A stretch of DNA of 64,000 bases from an uncultured delta proteobacterium (GCA_963785725.1 CAWAWS010000015.1:32001-96000); one strand, 5' to 3'. Shown: positions 19,894-31,587, numbered from the stretch's first letter. Made by a program: numbers and translations. Notes: generated by a model not told the origin, from the sequence alone.

Positions 19894-22253
19894 TTACGAC
19901 TCGCTCGACGTGCGGCGCGTGGGCGCGCGGCCGGCCGGCTGCTCGGGCCGAAGGCACGGCGCCAACGGCGGAATCGGCCGCGTGACCGGCGCTTCGCCGT
20001 CGAGCTCCAGCATCTCGCCGTGATGCGCCAGCTGCAGCTTGCCGCCCGTCGTCAGCGAATAGGTCGCGCGCCGCGGGCCGATCTGCACGCACAGCTTCAC
20101 GCCGCGGTGCATGATGTTGAACGACAGCTGCGTCAGACCATCGGGCAGCCGCGGCGTGAACGACAGGATGCCGCCGTGATCGCGCAGCCCGCCGAAGCCG
20201 GCCACGAGCGCGATCCACGTGCCCGCCAGCGAGGCGATATGCAAGCCGTCGCGCGCGTTGTGCTCGAGATCGTGCAGATCCATGAGCGCCGCTTCCGCCA
20301 GATAGTCGAGCGCCAGGCGGAGATGGCCGACCTCGGCCGCGATCACCGCCTGCGTGCACGCCGACAGCGACGAGTCGCGCACGGTGATGCGCTCGTAGTA
20401 GTCGAAGTTGCGCGGCTTCTGCTCGGCCGTGAAGGCGTCGCCGCACAGCTGCATGCGCCAGCACGAGATCGGGCTGCTTGACGACCTGCTTGCGATAGAG
20501 ATCGAAGTAGGGGAAATGCAGCATCAGCGGATATTGGTCGGGTTTCGTCCGATCGAAGTTCCACAGCTCGTGCTGCGTGAAGCCCTCGGACTGCGGATGC
20601 ACCTTCAAGTCTTTGTCGTACGGGATGAACACCGTCGACGCGGCGGCGCGCCAATCGGCCATCTCCTCGTTGCGTGACGCCGAGCTCGCGCGCGACGTCC
20701 TGATGGCGCTCGCAGGCGTCGGCGGCGCCGGCGAGGTTCCGCTGCGCCATCAGGTTCGTGTAGACGTTGTTGTCGGCGAGGGCGCTGTATTCGTCGGGCC
20801 CGGTGACGCCGTCGATGCGGAAGTCGCCGTGCAAGCTCGTGGTGGCCGAGCGAGCGCCACAGACGCGCGGTCTCGACGAGGAGCTCGACGCCGATCTCCT
20901 GCTCGAACGCCACGTCGCCGGTGGCGGCGACGTAGCGGATGACGGCGTCGGCGATGTCGGCGTTGACGTGGAACGCGGCGGTTCCGGCCGGCCAGTAGCC
21001 CGAGCACTCCTCGCCGTGAATCGTGCGCCACGGAAACGCGGCGCCGGCGAGCCCGAGCTCCTTGGCGTGCGCGCGCGCCAGGTCAGCGTCGAGTGGCGCC
21101 AGCGCAGCGCGTCGCCGGCGGCGTCGGGGTCGAGTACGTCAGGACGGGCAGGACGAAGGTCTCGGTGTCCCAGAAGGCGTGGCCGTCGTAGCCGGTGCCG
21201 GTCAAGCCCTTGGCGGGATGGCGCGGCGCTCGGTGCGCGCGCCCGCCTGCAGCACGTGAAAGAGCGCGAAACGCACCGCTTGCTGCAGCTCGGGGTCGCC
21301 CTCGAGCTCGACGTCGGCGCGGCCCAGAAGTCGTCGAGGTAGCGGCGCTGCTCGGCGAGCAGGCCGTCGATGCCGGTCTGCCGCGCCGCCGCCAGCGCCG
21401 GCCGCGACCTGATCGCGCAGCGCCGGCTGCGTGCGCCGCTTGGACCAGCCGTGCGACACGAGCTTGACGATGCGCAGCTGCTGTCCCGGCTCGAGCACGT
21501 CGCTGGCGACCACGCGTGACACGCTCGGCGTCGATTCGCGATCGATCTGCAGCTGGGGCGTGCCGTCGATGTGGTGCCACATGGCCGCGCCGACGTGAGG
21601 CCGCTCGCCTTGGTGCGATGGACGAGAATGCCGAGGTCGTCGAGGGCGCCGTGAGAGCAGCGGCTCGAGCGGTGACGTCGAGCACGGCCGCCGACGCGCG
21701 GATCGCGCGCCGTCGCCGGCAGCTGCTCGTTGGCGACCAGCTCCGACTGCACGACGACGTTCATGGCGCTGTCGACCGCCTCGACCTCGTAGATGATGGC
21801 CGCGATCGAGCGATGGGTGAAGGACACCAGCCGCGTCGAGGTGACGCGGACGGTGCGCCGCGCCGGCGAGGTCCACTCGCGGTGCGCGTCAGCGTGCCGG
21901 CGCGCAAGTCGAGGACGCGCTCGTGCTTGCGTGAGCTTGCCGTAGCGCACGTCGAACGGCTCATCGTCGACGAGCAGCCGCACAGACTTGCCGTTGGTGA
22001 CGTTGATGAGCGACTGGCTCGACTCGGGATAGCCGTAGCCCGCCTCGGCATAAGGCAGCGGACGCAGCTCGTAGACGCCGTTCAGATAGGTGCCCGGCAG
22101 GCCGTGCGGCTCGCCCTCGTCGAGGTTGCCGCGCAGGCCGATGTGGCCGTTGGACAGCGCGAACAGCGACTCCGTCTGCGCCAGCACGTCGAGGCGCAGC
22201 TCGGTCTCGTGCAGCGCCCACGGCTCGACGCGATAGCTCGAGCTCTTGATCAT
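19894..22253 (-). CDS. Glycoside hydrolase family 65 (alpha-glucoside phosphorylase), multiple frameshifts
   Basis: [60 protein letters not shown]. Confidence 0.9.
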
Positions 22254-23002
22254 GTCGTCTCCAACAGCTCGGCCAAGTCCTGCACGACGATGCTGCCGCC
22301 ATGCTGCTTCAGCGCCGCCGCCTGGCCGACCCGATCGACGCCGACGACCCACGCGAAGTGGCCGGCGCGGCCCGATTCCACGCCGGCCAGCGCGTCCTCG
22401 AAGACCGCTGCTTCGTCGGCGCCGACGCCGAGCGCTTTGGCCGCCGCGAGATAAGTATCGGGCGCCGGTTTGCCGGCCAAATGCTGCTCGGCGGCGACGA
22501 GGCCATCGACGCGCGTGTCGAAATAGTCGGTCACGCCGGCGGCCGCGAGCACGTCCTTGCAATTGGCGCTCGACGACACGACCGCCGTCTTCAATCCCGC
22601 CGCGCGCACCGCCTTCAAGTAACGCAGCGAACCGGGATAGGCTTCGACGCCGTTCTTTTCGATGAGCGCCAAGACCAGGTCGTTCTTGCGCGCGCTCAGG
22701 CCGGCGATGGTGTTCGCCGTCGGTGGATCGTCGGCCTTGCCGGCGGGCAGGTCGATGCCGCGCGACTGCAGGAACGAGCGCGTGCCGTCGGCGCGCGGCT
22801 TGCCGTCGACGTATTGGTCATAGTCGGCGACGGCGTCGAAGGGCCGAAACGGCGTCCCCGTCGCTTCGGCGCGCAGCCGCAAAAAGCCGTCGAACATCTG
22901 TTTCCAGGCGGCGGCGTGGACTTTGGCGGTCTCGGTAATGACGCCGTCGAGGTCGAATAGACAAGCCTTTACGGCCGCGGGAAGCCCGAGCTTCGTCGTC
23001 AT
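22250..23002 (-). CDS. Beta-phosphoglucomutase family HAD hydrolase
   Basis: [27 protein letters not shown]; coupled to the GH65 gene. Confidence 0.93.
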   Translation of the reverse strand: MTTKLGLPAAVKACLFDLDGVITETAKVHAAAWKQMFDGFLRLRAEATGTPFRPFDAVADYDQYVDGKPRADGTRSFLQSRGIDLPAGKADDPPTANTIAGLSARKNDLVLALIEKNGVEAYPGSLRYLKAVRAAGLKTAVVSSSANCKDVLAAAGVTDYFDTRVDGLVAAEQHLAGKPAPDTYLAAAKALGVGADEAAVFEDALAGVESGRAGHFAWVVGVDRVGQAAALKQHGGSIVVQDLAELLETT

Positions 23003-23145
23003 GCCTCTTGTTTATAGGCACGCAGCGGTAAGGCGTCCGGCGAACGCCGTAGTTTGGCGCATTTTTTCGAACACTTCATGAGCACTTAAGTGGTGCGCCG
23101 GCGAAAGCAGCGATAAAGTGGCCTTTCACGCGGGGACAATAAACT

Positions 23146-23556
23146 ATGGAAAAGCCTTTCACGATCCAGGAATTGAATCAGATTCTGCCGCGCTTGCGAG
23201 CGACGGTGGAAGCGGCGGCCCGCCTGGCCGAGGTGCAGCGCGCCGTCGAGGAGATTGCGCGGCCGGCGGTGCGAATGGGACGGCCGCCCAAGGACGCCGC
23301 GGCGACGCCGAAGGCGGCCAAGTCGGGCGCCGGCAAGCGCGGGCGCAAGAACGACCCGGCCAGCGCGTCGACGCTGCGCAGCCGCATCGTCACCTATCTC
23401 GGCACGGCGAAGAAGGGCGCGGCGTTGCGCGATCTCGCCGGCGCCCTCGAGGCCGACGCCGAGGCCGTGCGCTACGGGCTCAACATCTTGCGCGGCGAGA
23501 AGAAGGTGCGCATGACCGGCTCGCGCGCGACCGCGCTCTGGCACGCCGGCAGCTGA
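23146..23556 (+). CDS. Basic hypothetical protein, possible DNA-binding (AT-hook-like plus wHTH)
   Basis: GRPPK and KRGRK motifs; C-terminal helix-helix-wing pattern ending TG.R..ALW. Confidence 0.6.
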   Translation: MEKPFTIQELNQILPRLRATVEAAARLAEVQRAVEEIARPAVRMGRPPKDAAATPKAAKSGAGKRGRKNDPASASTLRSRIVTYLGTAKKGAALRDLAGALEADAEAVRYGLNILRGEKKVRMTGSRATALWHAGS

Positions 23557-23660
23557 TCCGCTCGCCGCACTGATCCTTCCGTCTTTTCTCCCGTTACATT
23601 GGCCGCTTCACCGTCGTCCCAGGCCGCATCGGGACCGGCAAATCGTGCTATAGACGCGCC

Positions 23661-25218
23661 GTGAATTCCGGCTGGCGCGGCGCGTTCCTGTGGCCTTGGC
23701 TCGCGCTCGTCGCGCTCGGTTGTGCGCTTTACGCCGCCACCATCGGCGCCTTCTTCGTCTCCGACGACTTCACGCTCTTGCGCGCGGTGGCGGAGCACGG
23801 GCCGTTCGCCGTCTGGTCGGGTCCGCGCTCGGCGGCGCCGGTGTTCTTCCGCCCGCTCACGTCGCTCAGCTTCTTCATCGACTACCGGCTCTATGGCTTC
23901 CGCGCGTGGGGCTTTCATCTGACCAACGTGCTCTTGCACGCGACGAACGCCTGGCTCGTCGGTCGCATCGCCGCGCTCGCGTGCAAGCAGCGCCCGCTGG
24001 TGGCGGCGACGGCGGCGCTCTTGTTCCTGGCCGGCCCGGCGCACGGCGAGTCGGTGGCGTGGGTCGCCGGCCGCACCGACGCGCTGGCGACGGCGTTCGG
24101 CTTGGGCGCGTTCGTCTGCTACCTGCACACGCTCGAGTCGCCGCGGCGACGCTGGCCGGCGCTGGCGTTCGCGCTCTATCTGCTCGGGCTGTGCGCCAAG
24201 GAGTCGATGGTCGTGCTGCCGCAAATCGTCCTCGCCTATCAGCTGCTCGTCGTCGGGCAGTGGCGGGGACGCGGCGCCTGGCTCGCGGGCGCGCTCATCA
24301 TCGGCTTCTTCCCGTTCGTCGTCTTGCGGCGGATGGCGGTCGGCGGCTGGATCGGCGGCTACGGCGCGGCCGTGCACCTGCTGCATGCGCCGGGATATCT
24401 GTGGGTCAATGGCCGGCGCCAGCTCGAGCATGCGCTCGGCTTCGGCGTGCCTACGCACGGCAGCGCGCTGACGCTGGCGGCCTACGTCGTCCTCGCCTGC
24501 GCGCTCGTCGCGGTCGTCGGCGCGCTCGTTGCCGATGTGTGGGCGGCGCGCGCGCCTTCGCCGCGCGCTCTCGCCGTTCCTGGTCGCCGCCGTCGGGCTG
24601 TCGATGCTGCCGACGTGGAACCTGGCGATCTCGGCGTCCGGCACCGAAGGCGAGCGCTACGTGTATCTCGCGACGGCGTGGCTCGCGCTGCTCATCGCCA
24701 TCGTGGTCGCGCCGGCGCTGGAGCAGCCGCGGCGCTTGGCGCTCGCCGGCGCGCTCGTCGCCAGCGGCGCGCTGTTGCTGGTCGTGCGCAACACGCGCTG
24801 GCATGACGCGGGCGCGCTCAGCCGGGAGGTGGTCGCGACGATCGCCGCGCAGCCGCTCGGCTACGACCCGCTGACGATCGTCAACGTGCCCGACTCACTG
24901 CGCGAGGCCTATGTCATGCACACGGGGATTTGGGACGCGCAGCTCCTGTTCGCGCCCAAAGGACCGCCGCTGTACATCGGCGCTTACCAGGCGCTGGACA
25001 CGCCGGACGAGCCAGTCCGCGTCGAGCGGCAGGGCGATCGCGTCACGCTGACCTTGCCGGAGGATGCGCGTCGGCTCGGCTATTGGTCGGCGACGGCGCC
25101 GGACGCGCCGTTTCGCGTCGTCGAGCAGTCGGCGCGCCGTCTGGTGCTGGCGCTGCCGCCGGCGCGACGGGCGGCGGCGTTCGTGCACGGCGCGCTGCAG
25201 CCGCTGCTGGGGAATTGA
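23661..25218 (+). CDS. GT-C-like multi-pass membrane glycosyltransferase (frameshift near 24550)
   Basis: SDD, FFRPL, FHLTNVLLH, ESVAWVAGR, AKE, ERYVY motifs. Confidence 0.8.
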
Positions 25219-25228
25219 GCGCGAGCGC

Positions 25229-26290
25229 TTAGGCGCGCGCGACTTTGCGGTCGGACGTTGTGCGCGGCAGGCGCTCGTCGATCCAGGCGTCGAGCTCGGC
25301 CCACTGCGCGAACAGCCAGTCGACGATCGCCTCGCGCTCGGTCGGAATGTCGGCGAAGGGAACGCGGCGGAACTCGACCTGGATGCGGCGGCCGATGGCG
25401 CGACCGTGGATGAGGTCGGCGAACGTGGCCGCGCCTTCGTAGCCAACGTGCGTGCAGAAGACGACGTCGGCGCCGGGGTTGCGCTCGAGCAGGCCAATCG
25501 GCCCGCCCAGGCGCGGCGGCAAGAGGTGTCGCAGCCGGCGCGCCCGCTGCAGCCGCACCGGGTCGAGCTGGTCGCCCAAGCGCTCCATGATGCGCTCGCG
25601 CTTCTTGGGCGAAAAGCGCGTGCCTTCGGGATAGAGGACGATGGCGTCTTGCGGGCCCAGGTTCTCGAGCAGCGCGCAGACGGCGTCGATTTCGCGCGCC
25701 GGATTCTTGGACGCGCGGGCGACGAAGCAGGTGTCGAGGCGGCCGCCGATGACGTCGAAGATGGGGTCGGCGCGCAGCTCGCGTTTGGCGATGTAGCGCA
25801 GGCGTAAGCCGGCGCGACCGCCGATGTAGACCGGCGCCAGCGGCGTGTCGCCGATGCTGGCGTGGCGGAAAAAGACGAGGATGGGGCCGCCTTCGTCGAT
25901 GGCGTCCATGCCGCTGACGTCGACGGCGAGGCCGAAGAAGAGGCCGCCCGAGCCGTGCAGCACCGCGCCCCAGGCGTTCGAGAGCGTGTGCGTCCAGCGC
26001 ACGAGGCGCGCGCGATTGCCGAACGCGAACAGCCACTGCAAAAAGGCGACCGTCAGAAAGACCGCCTCGCCGACGAGGTAGGTGGTGAAGAATCCGACGC
26101 AGCGCAGCGTAGCCAGCCGGCGTGGCTCGAACGGCGCCACCAAAATCGCCAGCAGCGCCGTCAGCGGCAAGAGCGCCAGCGCCAGCGTCGCCGCCACGAA
26201 CATCAGCGGAATGCTCTTGGCGCGCCGGCTCCAGGTGCTGGTCCAACGTTCGCCTTGCGGAGACGGCCGCTCATTCAGCGGAAGGGACAT
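25229..26290 (-). CDS. Lysophospholipid acyltransferase (PlsC family)
   Basis: HASIGD (HxxxxD), IAKREL, YPEGTR. Confidence 0.9.
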   Translation of the reverse strand: MSLPLNERPSPQGERWTSTWSRRAKSIPLMFVAATLALALLPLTALLAILVAPFEPRRLATLRCVGFFTTYLVGEAVFLTVAFLQWLFAFGNRARLVRWTHTLSNAWGAVLHGSGGLFFGLAVDVSGMDAIDEGGPILVFFRHASIGDTPLAPVYIGGRAGLRLRYIAKRELRADPIFDVIGGRLDTCFVARASKNPAREIDAVCALLENLGPQDAIVLYPEGTRFSPKKRERIMERLGDQLDPVRLQRARRLRHLLPPRLGGPIGLLERNPGADVVFCTHVGYEGAATFADLIHGRAIGRRIQVEFRRVPFADIPTEREAIVDWLFAQWAELDAWIDERLPRTTSDRKVARA

Positions 26291-26538
26291 GCGCGCACGA
26301 TAGCGCCTCGCGAGCGGTCGTGGAGTGCGCCGACGGGAATATGACCCGGCCATGACGTGGCCGTGACAGAGTCGCGCCCGCAAAAGCCGCGTCGCGCACC
26401 GCGGCGAAGCCGAATTCTTGTAACGCGCCGCGCGAAAAGGCGGCGCTGGCGCTCGGCTTTGTGACGGTGGCGCAGGCGGCGGCGGCGTGGTTCCATCCGC
26501 TGTCCACAACTGTCGCAGGGCAGACTGGTCGAGGAGAC

Positions 26539-28686
26539 ATGAAGCGCAAGGTTCGCATCGCAGTCGGGCTGCTCGTCACGTTGGTGTTGGCCGCGGGCGC
26601 GTGGCACGTCCTACGCAAGCGGCTGCGGCCGGCCATCGCAGCGCCCGACGCGGCGACGCTGGCGCAGGCGGCGCGCGTGCGCATCTTGCGCGACCAATAC
26701 GGCGTGCCGCACATCTTCGGCGAGTCCGATGCCGACGCCGCCTTCGGGCTCGCTTACGCCAACGCCGAGGACGATTTTCCAACGGTGCAGCTGACCTTGG
26801 CGGCGGCGCGCGGCAAGCTGGCGACGCAGCTCCTGACCAAGGAAGCGCTGAGCAACGACTATTACGTGCGGCTCGTGCGCGTCAAAGAGGCGGTCGACGC
26901 CGAGTACGAGCAGCTGACGCCGGAGACGCGGGCGCTGCTCGAGGGCTACGCGCGCGGGCTCAACCTGTACGCCGCGCGCCATCCGCGCGAGGTCGACTCG
27001 CGGCTCCTGCCGTACAGCGGTCGCGACGTCGCCGCCGGCTTCGCGCACAAGCTGCCGTTGATGCTCGATCTGCCGGGGGTTTTGCGCGCGCTCGATGCGC
27101 CGACGGCCAAGAACGTCGGCGACAAGCTGGCGCTCGCGCGGCCGGCGGACGAGCGCGCGTTTCCTGCGTCGAACAGCCACGCCGTCATTCGCACGCGCTC
27201 GCCCGACGATCGCACGCGGCTCAACATCAACTCGCATCAGCCGTGGGAAGGCCCGGTCACCTGGTTCGAGGCGCAAGTGGTGTCGCAAGAGGGCTGGAAC
27301 ATGACGGGCGGAACGTTTCCCGGCGCGCCCGTTATTTTGCACGGCCATAACGACCATCTCGGCTGGGCGCATACCGTCAACCTGCCCGATCTGGTCGACG
27401 TCTATCGCTTGCAAATGAATCCCAATAATCCCAATCAATATCGTTTCGAAGGGCAATGGCGTGATTTGGAGCGTGAGTCGGCGCCCATCGAAGTCGATAC
27501 CGGCATAGTCGAGCTGACGTTCCATAAAGACGTCTTGCATAGCGTGCACGGGCCGGTATTCGAGACGAAACAGGGGTTCTTTGCCATTCGTTATGCCGGC
27601 GCCGAGCGGCGCGTGCACGCCGCCGAGCAGTGGTATCGCATGAACAAAGCGCGCGACTTCAACGAGTGGAAAGCGGCCATGAAGCTGCAGGCCATCCCCA
27701 TGTTCAATACGACTTACGCCGATTACGACAATGTATTTTACGTTTATAACGCGCTATTGCCGGTGCGTCTCGAGGGCTTCGATTACAAGACGGTGCTGCC
27801 CGGCGATCGCGCCGATCTGATCTGGAATGACTACGTGTCGTTCGATCATTTGCCGCAGGTGCATAATCCGGCGGCGGGCTTCGTCACCAACTGCAACGGC
27901 ACGCCGTTTCGCGCGACGACCGGCGACGACAATCCCAAGCGCGCCGATTTTCCGGCCGCCGACGGCATCGAAGACACGGTCAACAATCGCACGCTGCGCT
28001 CGTTGGCGCTGTTCGGCGCCGGCGGCAAGATATCGGGCGACGATTTTCTGCGCTTCAAATGGGATCGCGAATATGCCGCCGATTCACAGTTGGCGCTCGA
28101 CGTATTGACGCCACTTTTACACGGATATACGGCGGCCAATGAGGACGAAGCGCAGGCATTGGCGTTATTGCGCGGCTGGAATCGCGTCGCCAACGAGGAT
28201 TCGGCGGCGGCGACGCTGGCGATATTGACCGGCACGCCGGTGTTGAGCCCGCCGCGCGGTGAGGCGGCGTTGACGCCGGTCCCGGCCTTTCATCGCGCCA
28301 TTGCGCTCTTGAAGAAGCATTATGGGCGCGTCGATGTGCCTTTAGGGACGGTGCAGCGTCTGCGCCACGGCGCGGTCGATCTGCCGCTCGGCGGCGGGCC
28401 CGACGTCTTGAACGCCGCGCACTCCAAGCTCGTCGACGGGCATCTCGTGGGCGTGGCCGGCGACTCCTATATTCTCGAGGTCGCCTTTGGTCCCGATGGG
28501 CCGACGTCGTCGCAGTCGATCGTGCAATATGGCGCCAGCAATCGTAAGGATTCGCCGCATTATTCCGATCAGGCGCCGTTATTCCTACGCCACGAATTCA
28601 AGCCGGCGTGGCGCAGCGAAGCCGATATTCGCGCGCATCTGGAGCGCGAATATTCGCCCGGTCATGAAAACGACGGCGCCAAATAA
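26539..28686 (+). CDS. Penicillin/AHL acylase family Ntn-hydrolase
   Basis: RDQYGVPHI, N-terminal nucleophile SNSHA (27169), INSHQPW, GHNDHLGW.HTVN, HYSDQA; SD GAGGAG. Confidence 0.93.
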   Translation: MKRKVRIAVGLLVTLVLAAGAWHVLRKRLRPAIAAPDAATLAQAARVRILRDQYGVPHIFGESDADAAFGLAYANAEDDFPTVQLTLAAARGKLATQLLTKEALSNDYYVRLVRVKEAVDAEYEQLTPETRALLEGYARGLNLYAARHPREVDSRLLPYSGRDVAAGFAHKLPLMLDLPGVLRALDAPTAKNVGDKLALARPADERAFPASNSHAVIRTRSPDDRTRLNINSHQPWEGPVTWFEAQVVSQEGWNMTGGTFPGAPVILHGHNDHLGWAHTVNLPDLVDVYRLQMNPNNPNQYRFEGQWRDLERESAPIEVDTGIVELTFHKDVLHSVHGPVFETKQGFFAIRYAGAERRVHAAEQWYRMNKARDFNEWKAAMKLQAIPMFNTTYADYDNVFYVYNALLPVRLEGFDYKTVLPGDRADLIWNDYVSFDHLPQVHNPAAGFVTNCNGTPFRATTGDDNPKRADFPAADGIEDTVNNRTLRSLALFGAGGKISGDDFLRFKWDREYAADSQLALDVLTPLLHGYTAANEDEAQALALLRGWNRVANEDSAAATLAILTGTPVLSPPRGEAALTPVPAFHRAIALLKKHYGRVDVPLGTVQRLRHGAVDLPLGGGPDVLNAAHSKLVDGHLVGVAGDSYILEVAFGPDGPTSSQSIVQYGASNRKDSPHYSDQAPLFLRHEFKPAWRSEADIRAHLEREYSPGHENDGAK

Positions 28687-28758
28687 TCGCCGGCGCGTTT
28701 CGCAATAGAGGGCAGAGTGGGACAAAACGCCGCAGCGACCGCTTAAGGCTTAGTCGCG

Positions 28759-30819
28759 CTAGTTGCTCCAGCGTTGGCGTAGGCGGGCGCCGAGGTCGAG
28801 GCGCGCCGGCGCCGGCGCGTCGTCATTCGTGTCGGGGGACGCGGCCAAGCCGTGGCTCGTGCGCGTAAAGCGGTCGATGATGGCGTCGGGGATGAAGCGG
28901 GTGCGCGGCGCATAGACGTGGGTATCGCCATATTTACGCTGTTGGCGCACGAAGAAGCGCTGCGGATGAATGACGTGCAACTGCTCGCGCGCTCGCGTCA
29001 ACGCGACATAAAAGAGACGCCGCTCTTCTTCGATCTGCTGCGGCGTCTCCGTCGCCAAATCGGACGGCATCGAGCCGTCGGCGCAATTGATGACGAAGAC
29101 GTTGTCCCATTCTTGGCCTTTGGCGGAATGAATGGTCGAGAGGATCAAATAATCTTCGTCGCGTAGGGGAGGGCCCGCTTGATCGCCGGTCGCCGACGGC
29201 GGATCGAGCGTCAGCTCCGACAAGAAGCGCTCGCGCGATGGATAGTGAATCGCGATCTGCTCCAGCTGATCGAGATCTTGCGTGCGAATGTGCGCGTGAT
29301 CGTAGATGCGGCCGAGGTGCGGCTCGTACCAGCGACGGACGAGGCCGAGCTGCGCCGCCCACGGCACGTCGCCGCGCAGCTGCCGCAAGAGCTCGCACAG
29401 CGCCGGCCAATCGGCGCGCGCGCTCGCCGGCGGCGCGTGCGCGGCCAACGCGGCGAGCGCGAAGTTGGCCGTGGCCAGCTCGGTCGTGGCGCGCTGCGCC
29501 GTCGACGGGCCGACGCCGGGCAGGAGCTGCAGCACGCGAAACGCCGCCGCCCGATCGCGTAGATTCTCGCTCCAGCGCAAGAGGCACAGCGTGTCTTTGA
29601 CGTGCGCGGCCTCCAGGAACTTGAGGCCGCCGAACTTCACGAACGGCACGTTGCGACGGGCGAGCTCGACCTCCAGCGCGTCGGAATGGTGCGACGCGCG
29701 GAAGAGCACGGCCTGCCGCTTCAACGGCACGCCTGCTTCGCGCGCGGCCAAGATCTCGGTGACGACGTAGTCGACCTGCGCGTCTTCGTCGAGCGCGCAC
29801 ACGAGTCGCGGCTTGTCGACGCCGCCGCGGCGCGAGAACAGGTTCTTGGTGAAGCGCTCGGCGGCGTAAGCGATGACGGCGTTGGCGGCGTCGAGGATGG
29901 GCTGCGTCGAGCGGTAATTTTGCTCCAGCGTGACGACGCGCGCCGGCGGCGAAAAGCGCGCCGGGAAGTCGAGGATGTTGCGCACCGTCGCCGCGCGAAA
30001 CGCGTAGATCGACTGCGCGTCGTCGCCGACCACGGTGACGCCGCGGCCGTCGGGCGCCAGGCGCGCCAGAATCTGCGCCTGCAGCGCGTTCGTGTCCTGA
30101 TATTCGTCGACGAGGAAGTGGTCGAAGCGGCGGCGCATGCGCGCGGCCACGCCTTCGTCTTCGAGGAAATGCAGCCAATAGAGCAGCAGATCATCGTAGT
30201 CGAGGACGTGTTGCCGCTGCTTTTGCTCGACGTAGGCGGAGAACAGCTGGCGCAAGGCGTCGGCGTGCTCGGCGCACCACGGAAAATGATCCTTGAGCGT
30301 CGTCGCCAGCGGCTCTTGCGCGTTGACGGCGCGCGAATAAATGGCGAGGCAGGTGCCCTTCTTCGGGAAGCGGCGGGCGGCCGTGGCGAGGTCGAGATCG
30401 TGGCGCAGGACGTCGAGGGCGTCGGCGGCGTCGGAGCGGTCGAGCACGGTGAACGCCGGGTCGAAGCCGACGTCGGCGGCGTGCAGGCGCAAGAGCCGAT
30501 TGGCGACCGCGTGGAACGTGCCCGACCAGGTCAGCGACGGCGCGGCCGTCGTCGCGGTCGAGGCGTGCGCGAGTAGGCGTTGCGCGCGTGTCGTCATCTC
30601 GGCGGCGGCGCGGCGCGAGAAGGTGAGCAGCAAGATGCGGCGTGGATCGGCGCCGCGATCGATCAGGTGGGCGACGCGATGGGCGAGCGTGTTCGTCTTG
30701 CCCGATCCGGCGCCGGCGATGATGAGCAGTGGGCCCGACTCGTGAACGACGGCGGCGCGCTGCGCGTCGTTGAGGGTGGCGAGCGCGTCCCGAGAGACGA
30801 TGGCGGCGGCGCTGGACAT
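28759..30819 (-). CDS. UvrD/Rep family ATP-dependent helicase
   Basis: LNDAQ, AGAGSGKT, VDEYQD, VGDDAQSIY.FR, NYRS, STIHSAKG, EEERRLFYVALTRA. Confidence 0.96.
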   Translation of the reverse strand: MSSAAAIVSRDALATLNDAQRAAVVHESGPLLIIAGAGSGKTNTLAHRVAHLIDRGADPRRILLLTFSRRAAAEMTTRAQRLLAHASTATTAAPSLTWSGTFHAVANRLLRLHAADVGFDPAFTVLDRSDAADALDVLRHDLDLATAARRFPKKGTCLAIYSRAVNAQEPLATTLKDHFPWCAEHADALRQLFSAYVEQKQRQHVLDYDDLLLYWLHFLEDEGVAARMRRRFDHFLVDEYQDTNALQAQILARLAPDGRGVTVVGDDAQSIYAFRAATVRNILDFPARFSPPARVVTLEQNYRSTQPILDAANAVIAYAAERFTKNLFSRRGGVDKPRLVCALDEDAQVDYVVTEILAAREAGVPLKRQAVLFRASHHSDALEVELARRNVPFVKFGGLKFLEAAHVKDTLCLLRWSENLRDRAAAFRVLQLLPGVGPSTAQRATTELATANFALAALAAHAPPASARADWPALCELLRQLRGDVPWAAQLGLVRRWYEPHLGRIYDHAHIRTQDLDQLEQIAIHYPSRERFLSELTLDPPSATGDQAGPPLRDEDYLILSTIHSAKGQEWDNVFVINCADGSMPSDLATETPQQIEEERRLFYVALTRAREQLHVIHPQRFFVRQQRKYGDTHVYAPRTRFIPDAIIDRFTRTSHGLAASPDTNDDAPAPARLDLGARLRQRWSN

Positions 30820-31413
30820 CTGTGCAGCTTAGCTGTGGGCTGCGCAAATGTACAGGATCTGCGCCTCGGCGCGCGAACGTCGTCGCTGCGCAGGCGCGGC
30901 CGCGGCTGCGAACACTGAAGCGATCGCTTAAGTATTCGGCCGAGACGCGGTCGCCCATCGCCGAGGCCGCTCGTCGCGGCGCGCGAACGCGACGGCTGCG
31001 CCGCCCGCGCGGGCTCGGCAGCGAACGTACGCGTTCAGCACAAATCGCCCGCGACAGACTGCGCGGTGCGCTCGCGAAGCGCGTCGCGAAGAATCAATCG
31101 ACCCCTCCGTTGCGAACGACCTCGCGCTACGGGAAGCGGCGTTCTCCGAGTGTGCAGCGCGAGATGAAGCGGACGGCCTCGGCTGGCAGCATTGCGGCGT
31201 GTACAGCGCGAGATAAGCGGGCGGTCTCGGCGGGCAAACAGCACCGCGTGCAGCCCGAGACGAATCGGACGCTCTCGGCGAGCACGATCGCCGCGCATGC
31301 AGTGCGAATGGCGGGTCGCGAAATGAGAACGGGCGTTCCACTCATGCGTGCATCGGCCGCCGAAAACACGCGCCAACCCGTCGGTCGGCGGCCATTTGCG
31401 CATGCCGATCGCT

Positions 31414-31429
31414 TGGCACGCGCGCTGCT
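31414..31429 (+). promoter_or_regulatory. Putative sigma54 promoter
   Basis: TGGCACGCGCGCTGCT, near-consensus GG-N10-GC. Confidence 0.7.
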
Positions 31430-31443
31430 TTATCGATACCGTC

Positions 31444-31587
31444 ATGAACGACTTCGACGACGAGGATACCCAGCCGTTCACCCGCAGCGTCGCCGCCGAC
31501 GACGAGCTCGGCCTCGAGGCGGCCGACGATTGGTTCTGGAGCGACACCGAAGCCGCCGAAGCGCGCATGCTCGACGCGATGCCGTGA
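31444..31587 (+). CDS. Small acidic protein (47 aa)
   Basis: MNDFDDEDTQPF...DDWFWSD; strong GC3 bias; sigma54 site directly upstream. Confidence 0.6.
   Translation: MNDFDDEDTQPFTRSVAADDELGLEAADDWFWSDTEAAEARMLDAMP

Noticed and set aside
19894..22253. GH65 pseudogene
   Set aside because: All motifs are retained and only indels are seen; the adjacent beta-PGM is intact; sequencing error is more likely
30822..31430. Coding sequence between the helicase and the acidic microprotein
   Set aside because: No frame shows GC3 bias or recognisable motifs
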